DNA of 43,959 nt from Catajapyx aquilonaris (taxonomy: Eukaryota), in contig KZ538858.1 in the NCBI GenBank assembly GCA_000934665.2, positions 1 through 43,959 on the forward strand, given 5' to 3'. The translations under genes were made by a program, and so were the position numbers. Of this stretch, positions 36,101-43,959 are shown one piece after another. The notes beneath the pieces are model-generated. The model was given only the letters and a program-made list of their open reading frames with translations, did no database searches and had not been told where the DNA came from. How positions within the stretch are numbered: position 1 is the stretch's first letter; each line of letters starts with the position of its first letter.

Positions 36101-37091
36101 GTCCCCTTTAGTGCCTCTACCACCCTCCTCTCCAATCCCACCCTGCACAATGTACTGCATGACATCCTCAGCTCTGCGGTTCAAAATGCTGTCTTGCTTA
36201 CATGTATCGGGCCTCTCACGTGGAGGGGCTGGCAGCCATGGGAATCAACAGCCTCATCAGCTTGATAGTGCTGGCCTTTCAACTTGTCCACCGCATTTCT
36301 CCCACAGCACAGGCCCAATAATCCTCAGTGGCTTGCAGCAGTCCGGCGGCTCTTTGTGGGGGAAGAGGAGGGGCCAAAGTGGGTACAAGAGCCAGTACCT
36401 AATGAGCCAAATGTTGGGGAAATGTACTGGAGTGTGGATACTGTAGAATCGAGCCGGGAGGCATGGTAACACTGTGAGCGAGAGGTTGAGGGGTGGTTCA
36501 AATGCGCCCTGTGAGAGAGACGGGGGGGTTGCCCAGATATTTGTGTCACCCCTAGAAGAATTAAATTACATCATTATTCCTTGTTTTATATAAACTCCGT
36601 TTTTGTTTTGTTTTTTGTTTTGTACCCAGAGCGTACTAATAAGCATGCTCTCCAGGATTTTTTCCATGCCCGCTACTCATCGGCCCTCAACCTCTCTCGC
36701 CCCCGCCCCCCATATCCGGATGGAGTGGGTGGGGTATGTACACTATTTTGATGCAACGTATCCGGAATATTATGCATTTTCCTAACATCTGCCGATAAAC
36801 CTGCTGCGATTGTGGTCAGTATGACAACATTTTCACACTGCTCTGTCATACTGCAGTAATTTTCAGTCTCACTGACTTGTGAACGTCCGTTAGCTGGTTG
36901 CTTGTGCCATGTATAGGCTACAGTACTTTGGTGGCAAGGATTAGGTGAGAAAAGGGTGACCGATGAGGTAGCATTTCTAATACGGAAGGGAAAACTCATC
37001 GTTCGATACAAACACCCATGGTTTTTATACCTCTGGTACTTCCGCAATATTGAGGAAAATTTTTGTAGCACTTGTCGCATGTTATGCTGAG

Positions 37092-37873
37092 CAGGGTTGG
37101 GGAAAAAAACGGTTTAAAAAAGCAACCCAAAACAAGTTTTTTTTAAACCAGTTTGTTTGGGGTTAAACCAGGTTTAATTTCAAATATTTAGTTTAAATTA
37201 TTCATTTAAACAAGTTGTGACTTATCTACATATGTAATCTACATACTGATCTCGTATGCCCATTCTCAACTCATAGTGCGGTAAATAGTAAGTTATACTT
37301 TGATAAAGAAAATATATCTTGCTCAAAATTATAATTATCTGGCCAATTGAAAGCTGAATCACAAAATATGGTATTATTTTGAGAACTACTTTTACAATGT
37401 AGAAATTTCATGCAGAAATGTTGCTTAAATGTTACTTGTACAATATAAGTAAACAAAAAACAAAGACAGTGGCATTGTATAATACTGTACAATACTAAAA
37501 CAAATTAACTAAACTTTCAACTTGAGAATGGGAATTCCCCTTTGGAAGGGAATTTTCCATGGAATGGTTCATTAGCGTGAGGTGAGGTAAAATGGGTATA
37601 ATTTTTTTTTTTTGTATTTGTTGTTCAATTTCAATTATTAGGTGGATATACGTATATACTCATTATTATTATTTAAACTTGATGCAATGTGCTTATTGAA
37701 AGAAGAGAATGCCTTATTTTTTCATATTTGATGAAAAATTAAACATTAGTATAACAAAATTATTGCACTCATGTGTTATCAGTAATTGGGATTACTGTTC
37801 ATAAAAGAAACCACGATGGTTTATTTTTTTTAAACCACTTGATTTAAACTATGGTTTAAACCAGCCAACCCTG
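37092..37873. mobile_element. hAT-type non-autonomous element
   Basis: TIRs CAGGGTTGG / CCAACCCTG; subterminal GGTTTAAA(CC) repeats at both ends; degenerate 8-bp TSD ATGCTGAG / ATGGCGAA. Confidence 0.8.
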
Positions 37874-39006
37874 ATGGCGAACGAACACAATAGAAATGAA
37901 AACATAAACGTAAAGTAGTCTTTTATATCGGTTGTAAAAGGGGTATGTGGAAGCTTGTTACTGTGACATCATGCCGGCAACTTCTCCCCTTTCACATTGC
38001 TATAAATTTTAAAAATAGACACACGGGCCATTTCAAGCACATTGCTTCCTATTGCACTTTGGTTTGTACTATAGAGTGGCCGTGTATAAACAGGTGTCCC
38101 TGGTGTTTAAATGAATATATTTGTTAGGTGCATATGTTCCAGTATATTTTGAACGAGTCATCGTTGCGTTTATCTGGGAACGGGTTGACAGACCACATTA
38201 ATTTGCACCATGTGTACCGCAATTACCAGGAGAGAAAGAAAATGGTAACGCGTTTTATGCAAATTGAGCAGTTGACAAATCGCTGTTGAACAAAACCATT
38301 CCCATTGCTGACTGTTTCGGGGTTGAAATTTTTAAAAATCCAGCCAATAGGACGTCGAGGCTGGCTCTTTTCGAACAATTCAAAAGCTCAGCTAGTGGAA
38401 TGCATTAACGCGGGATGTGACTATTTTAAGTTGCGAAATGAAATGGGGAGTGAGCTGTACCATGTGTACGTTTGAAAGTGCTGGAATAGGTTTTCCTCAG
38501 CTTATCCAAGCTTACGCGGCGTTTCCTATACGCGTTGAAACTTTTCTATACCCTTTGGATGTATAGCACTGCAAGTATTCAGATCTTTGCATTGGTGATA
38601 GTTATTACTCCATACCGCTATTCCATATAATACCTTCCGAAGCCTGGAGGTGTATGAGCTATAACCACATGCTGTGTATTAGAACAGGTATAATTTTATA
38701 ATGAAGTTTGCTTAGCTTATACAGAGGAGTACAAAACATCCAGCTGGAATACTACAAGGGAGTGCATTGTATTGTCAGATTGGTCAGGCGAGAGATGACT
38801 CCTGCATTTCAGGCTTGGTATAATAGAGATGTTGTTTCATAATGATTCTGACTAACTTCTGAGGTAAACGCCTGTGAACCAGAGGAAATGTGTCATTTGG
38901 TCTGCGAGGCCTCGTAACCGAGAAAATGGACTGCAAACCCAATGTTATAACCCGGAAGGTATGCGTCCCTCCTCTCGACCTTGCCTTTTAAAATATACAG
39001 TATACA

Positions 39007-39432
39007 CAGGGTTCGGAAATTTAATCTACCTTCGCTTTGGGGGATGGTAGAGGGGTTCTAGGCGATCATTTTAAGTATAGGTATCGTGCGTCTCCGAAGC
39101 ATAGTTACCGAGATGATGTGCTTCAAGCACAAAGTATCAAATATCCTGGCAGATATGCGTCCCTCCATGCGACCTTACCTTTTTCATTTAAATTTTAGGT
39201 GTTATCATGCAATAATGCAATCCCATTAGGCGTAGCAGACAGTGGCCTAGGCGATGGCAGTGTCGTAGGCTGTATCCGAAACATAGAAGCCGATATAATG
39301 AACTTTTTATTGAATGCGCTAATTATCTCGGTAACTATGCTTCGGAGACTCACGATACCTATACTTAAAATGATCGCCTAGAACCCTTCCACCATCCCCT
39401 AAAGCGAAGGTAAATTAAATTTCCGAACTCTG
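39007..39432 (+). mobile_element. MITE family B, well-preserved copy with ~107-bp TIRs
   Basis: CAGGGTTCGGAAATTTAATCTACCTTCGCTTTGGGGGATGGT...GTTACCGAGAT pairs with ATCTCGGTAAC...GGTAAATTAAATTTCCGAACTCTG. Confidence 0.9.
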
Positions 39433-39543
39433 GTATGCAGTGTATAATCTCTTCCAGGATTGTTTCCGTCCGCCATATGTAATTTTAGTGGAAGTTGTGC
39501 ATAATAATGACAGATGAAAAAGTGAAGCTCAGTTTTGTTCTAT

Positions 39544-39968
39544 CAGGGTGTATCTGAACTCAGTGCCCCGACGTATATGACTGCCTTCCTAGCCAACAGA
39601 GGATCAACTTATGTAGAGGAGTCATTATGTCTGGGCAGCCTCATTACTGAGATACCCTCTTCAGCGATTTTTGCCTAATCGCTCCTTCTGACTTTTAAAT
39701 ATAATTTTCTGGTGTAACTAGCCAAAGAGGCCTTACCACCTGTGGGCAACAAACCAACAAAGTCCCGCCCCCAGACCTTCCAGAGCCTTCTGACTGGGGG
39801 AGGGTTCGATGGGTGGCCTAACCGACAGGATATTTTGTACTACACGTTTGCGGCCAATTATCTCAGTAATGCGGCGGCCAGACATAATGACTCCTATACT
39901 GAAATCGCTCCTCTGGTGGCTAGGAAGGCAGTCATATACGTCGGGGCACTGAGTTCAGATACACCCTG
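39544..39968 (-). mobile_element. MITE with ~110-bp TIRs, CAGGGTGTATC ends (family-B core, reverse orientation)
   Basis: CAGGGTGTATCTGAACTCAGTGCCCCGACGTATATGACTGCCTTCCTAGCCA has a perfect inverted copy ending GAGTTCAGATACACCCTG|TA. Confidence 0.9.
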
Positions 39969-40400
39969 TAGATTCAGGCTTTGCGGATATCCACATTTCA
40001 AATTCTCAAATTTGTAATTTTTTTTCACTTCAAAATCACAACATTTTTGTTTTACAAGCCATGGCAGATTGTGACTGTTTTTTTTTTTTTGAGATGCCAG
40101 TTGTTCATTAAACTGGCACTAAAGAAGTAATGATATTAATGTGTCCAACATCATACCTTCCCATAGTACTACTATCCCAATTTTACCTGTGTAACCAGTG
40201 TTTCTCAAAATAATTTATCTTTTCAATATGCGGTGTATTTGGCAATTGACATCTTTAAAAATCTGTCCCAGTCTACCATTGCTTGAAAAATAAAAATAAA
40301 AATGATTCAATATTCCATGCGCCTCCTGTCGTGATTTTGAAACAGAAAGAGTTGCAAAATTGAGAATTTGAAATACCGATTTTTGCAAAAACCGAATCTA
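39969..40400. mobile_element. Degenerate MITE
   Basis: TAGATTC...TTTGC...ATTTCAAATTCTCAA...TTCAAAATCAC pairs with GTGATTTTGAA...TTGAGAATTTGAAAT...GCAAA...GAATCTA. Confidence 0.7.
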
Positions 40401-41290
40401 TATAGAACAATATTGAGTGTCACTTTTCATCTGGCATTATTACGAAAAATTTACACTAAAAATTTGGCAGATGGATTAAAAACGATCTTGCATGGAAGAG
40501 AACCTTTGTCGTTCTAACATGCAATTTAAATTAAGGCTACGATCTCATTAAGTACAAAGGTAGTGGACGAGGCGATGGAAATGCCATAGGATGTATCCTA
40601 GGCGGCATAATGCACTCTTTGTTAATTCTAATTATCTCGGTAACTTCGGCTGCGGAGACCAAATGAAACCTTTGCATATGGTGCCCAGGAGTTCACCGTA
40701 GAAGTTAATGTCGAAATCATTATGGCACACCCTGTATATTTGCAACCTTTGTATAACATTACGTACTGCACATACTGGAAGTAGAAGGAAGCACCCAGTC
40801 ATCTCTACTAGCAGATAGGCTTTTTTCGTTTGTAAAAAGCGGAGGGTGTAGATTATTTTTCCTGCTCGTACTCGGATTGCCAGCTAGTGAAAAGCGCTCT
40901 TGTAAGCGCATGCAGTTCAACAGGACTACTTCGATGTGCTAATGAAAAATGCAATGCTGCTGCCTTTTACACATGGGCTACCACCAACGTGGCTGGGAAT
41001 TCGGGCACTCGTTTTTATGCTCTTATTCCAGTGTATGTATTCGTATGGCGGTGCTTTTTTCCATCTATAACTGGATATGGTATAAGCCTCAGCATTCTAT
41101 TTATTAACTATACGTACTACACCTGAAGGAACATTCAGAAAGAGACACCCATTTTTAAAATTTAAGTATTATGCTTTGTTATATGATTTTTAAAAAAATC
41201 AACTTCATAAAAAATGGCAACATTAGCCTACACAGAATAACAATACTGGGCTCTGTTATTATTTGGCATTTTCCATGAAGAGGTACCGTA

Positions 41291-41432
41291 CTATCGGTCT
41301 CAATTAGTTCCGGCCACTTCATCCAGGTCTTGAAGCAACCCTTCGCACATGCCCCACGGCGAGGAGATGTGTGTGAGTGAAGGGTTGCTTCAAGACAAGG
41401 ATAAAGTGGCCGAAACTAATGGAGACCGATAG
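41291..41432. mobile_element. Short hairpin MITE
   Basis: Arms of about 55 bp: CTATCGGTCTCAATTAGTTCCGGCCACTT...GTCTTGAAGCAACCCTTC and GAAGGGTTGCTTCAAGAC...AAGTGGCCGAAACTAATGGAGACCGATAG. Confidence 0.85.
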
Positions 41433-42219
41433 GTTTGTGAGAAAACAAACTTGGGTTTTGTCGAATATTATAGACGGCAGTATACCTGTTTTAATATGCC
41501 AATTATGGGGGATGCAATCACGTCGCAGGATACGAACGTAGCCAATAAAGTTATGAAAGTCCTTTTGATATTTTGCCTTATGAAAACCTACAGTATATCA
41601 CCTGCAAATGCATACACCACCATTTAAGACGATAATATTGCCGGCGAAGCAATCACACTAATTATCCCATATCTAAGTTCCTGAATACCCGTCACCTGAC
41701 TCAGCGGAGATTCATTTTGGAAGTTCGCAAATGGCACATAAGACTTACCTATGATGGGCTTGAAGGCACATTACGAGGTAAAATTCAGAAAGGAGGGAAA
41801 GTACAAGACTGTAATCCGATTAACGTCTTGATTACGTCTGGAAAAGAGGAAGCGTATTCCTGAACCGCTCAGGCGAAGATGCTGCGGCAAGGCGGGCTTG
41901 TCAAACTTTTCTTAATTGGTATCCGATTGCACAATGGGCTACAGTTGTGTGTGCTCTTCTCTGCCATACCAGTCCATAGAATCGGGAAGGAAAAAAAAAG
42001 TTTAATTACTTCCGGAAGCTGTGAATAAATCCTAGGATGGATGCATTCAAGCGTGGGCTGTGTCGAATCGTTTGTAATTTCTTCTGACAATAAGGAACTG
42101 TGGAGCTGAGATAACGAGTCTATGCTTAGGTACCGTCTGCGTTCATTATTCCCTGGATGCGAATCTGCTACGTCATTGTCATTCATTCCTCCTATCTTAA
42201 CTCCATATACTAAAGAGTC

Positions 42220-42270
<51 letters not shown>

Positions 42271-42271
42271 T
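42220..42271. repeat. (AAT)n microsatellite
   Basis: Direct reading; about 17 units. Confidence 0.95.
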
Positions 42272-42972
42272 GAGCGAGGTGCCCTTAGGTGAGATGAGTC
42301 TCCCAGAGGAGCAGCCGGAAAGCCGGAAAGTGCGGCTGAGTGGGAAGATTCGGGTTCTGGATTGGGACAGTAGTCCCAAGATTGGGAGACCAGGTTTTAT
42401 CAATGCGCCACTGCTGATCCTCTGAAACTCACTCTACTTGGGCTGACGCTGCCCACTTTCCCAACTTTTCAATTGACTGAACGCGGTCTCCGAAAATAAG
42501 TTCTCAAGTGAATAGCTGGCAATTGGCTGAGGCTGTACGTTTTCAAACTCTTTTCTAATTGGCTGAAGGCGTGAGGCTTGGGACCCGAACTCTCTTCCAA
42601 TTGGTTGAAATTGTCCTTTGGAAATCGGGTTGAACGTTGTCGGGAGGTGAAAGTGATGTACTGCAATTTAGATCTCACGTCCTGGTTCATTGAGTGTGTG
42701 ACCTTGCGGTTGGCATCGATACGCTGAACACGTATCAAAACGTGGCACATATCTCTAATGATATTACTGGAGCGGAGAGATAGGTGAATCTATACCACAT
42801 GCGTGATGTTGTCAAATAGTCTCACTAGTTTTTATTGGCTATGAATATTCAGATATCACAATGTTGCTTTAGAATAATAGGCATGTTGTGTATGTAACAA
42901 CACCTGAGTTTACTGCAGTCTTCTGCTACTTATTATGTGATCTGCAGTACTTTACATGTTTAAGTAGTGTTA

Positions 42973-43364
42973 GGGGTCGTGAAAATACCACGTGACCGTT
43001 TAGGGGGGNGGGGGTCTGCTGATATACCACGGTTGGTCACAGGGGGTGGGGTCGGCGACAGTTCATGTGGTATCTCTGAACACGGTGAATGGGCACATAT
43101 GGAGCTTTTACAGATGCACATGGGTTCAAAATAACGTAAAATTCGAAATCAGCGACCCCGAAAACATGGGGAGACATGTTTTTTACGTGCTTAAACAGTT
43201 CAGTTGAGGAGCTATCATTTTGGAACGCGTTGTTTCTAATAACATTGACCTTTAAAAAAACCACGTGAAAGGGGGGTTCCAATGGATACCACGGTTGGTC
43301 ACTGGGGGGAGGGGGGGGGGCAAAAAGTGGCCTAAAATCGGTCACGTGGTATTTGCACGACCCC
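42973..43364. mobile_element. PIF/Harbinger-type MITE with TTA TSD
   Basis: TTA|GGGGTCGTGAAAATACCACGTGACCG...CGGTCACGTGGTATTTGCACGACCCC|TTA; internal direct repeat ATACCACGGTTGGTCAC plus G-runs. Confidence 0.9.
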
Positions 43365-43572
43365 TTACGTAATTCTAGGGGGAAATTATTACAGAAAACA
43401 ACTACTGCACCCTGCTGCTTTATGCAGATTTACTAATAAGTCTGGTGATAGAGAACAGTATCACATACAGTATAATAAGCTACATCCAGCGCCTGGTATC
43501 ATACGTGTACTGTACAATGTATAATCATAAGGCTCTAGGTTAGTCTTATACAGAACTATACTTTTTCATATA

Positions 43573-43959
43573 CGAGGGTCGTCCAATAAGTTCTGAGCCT
43601 AAGGTAGATGGCGTGGGCTGATAATGATGTCCTTCCACCTGAAGGTAGTGACACTCATTAGAGAAACAACCCCCAAACTTCACCCCGATTGCATCATTCT
43701 ATCAGGAGATACTGGCACTTGCAGGCGTGAAAGTGCGGATTAGTCTCCGACATTGACAAAATCGAGCTGCGAGCGGTGATCAAATACTTCCAGAAAAAGG
43801 GGATGATCCCTCAGAAGATTCACGAGGACATGAGGGAAATACTGTTTGACGAAGCTCCTTAGTTCATATGCCACTGTCAGAAGGTGGGCACGGGATTTCA
43901 AGATGGGCCGGGAGAGTGTGGAAGATGACCCCCGCTCGGGCCGCCCAGCAACGCCAACC
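43573..43959 (+). mobile_element. Mariner element, 5' part (runs off the window)
   Basis: Left TIR TA|CGAGGGTCGTCCAATAAGTTCTGAGCCT followed by a transposase N-terminus. Confidence 0.9.
43752..43959 (+). pseudogene. Mariner transposase pseudogene (N-terminal HTH region)
   Basis: (ATT in place of ATG) DKIELRAVIKYFQKKGMIPQKIHEDMREILFDEAP, then an apparent 4-nt insertion containing TAG, then SYATVRRWARDFKMGRESVEDDPRSGRP. Confidence 0.88.

Larger units (their letters stand above)
39445..40502. mobile_element. Old hairpin MITE with two elements inserted at its centre
   Basis: Left arm TCTCTTCCA...TAATAATGACAGATGAAAAAGTGA...CTCAGTTTTGTTCTA (to 39542) pairs with TAGAACAATATTGAG...TCACTTTTCATCTGGCATTATTA...TGGAAGAGA (from 40403). 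Confidence 0.75.
38824..40734 (+). mobile_element. Old family-B MITE split by four nested insertions
   Basis: Left arm CATAATGATTCTGACTAACTTCT...TCATTTGGTCT...AACCGAGA pairs with right arm TCTCGGTAAC...AGACCAAATGA...AGAAGTTAATGTCGAAATCATTATG...CACCCTG|TA. The interior breaks at about 38995 and resumes at about 40503. Confidence 0.75.

Noticed and set aside
41380..41432. GGCCGAAAC as part of a Penelope-type hammerhead ribozyme
   Set aside because: No CTGANGA core upstream; the sequence is fully explained as one arm of a hairpin MITE.

Overview
Eukaryotic genomic DNA, most likely from an invertebrate (arthropod-like): spliced genes, AT-rich, dense in transposons. Two protein-coding genes can be rebuilt from splice sites and sit head-to-head across a CpG-rich promoter of about 1 kb. 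FBXO42 (F-box plus kelch) is complete on the minus strand (7 coding exons, CDS 9210-11494, 534 aa, introns 56-190 nt). The 5' part of mitoguardin (MIGA) is on the plus strand (coding exons 12948-13043, 14081-14240, 29078-29242); its next exon was not found, so the gene probably continues past the window, with introns of about 15 kb. The rest is transposon material: a decayed 5'-truncated LINE inside a mariner relic, a tRNA-derived SINE with a 14-bp TSD, two more mariner relics, and about 20 hairpin MITEs (Tc1/mariner-, pogo-, piggyBac-, hAT- and PIF/Harbinger-type). The most striking structure is two multi-level nested MITE stacks (30081-31970 and 38824-40734). In them, elements sit at the centres of other hairpins, and five elements share one internal core behind different terminal repeats. 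I found no evidence of a new protein-coding system; almost all ORFs in the supplied track are spurious. All family assignments come from recalled motifs, not database searches.
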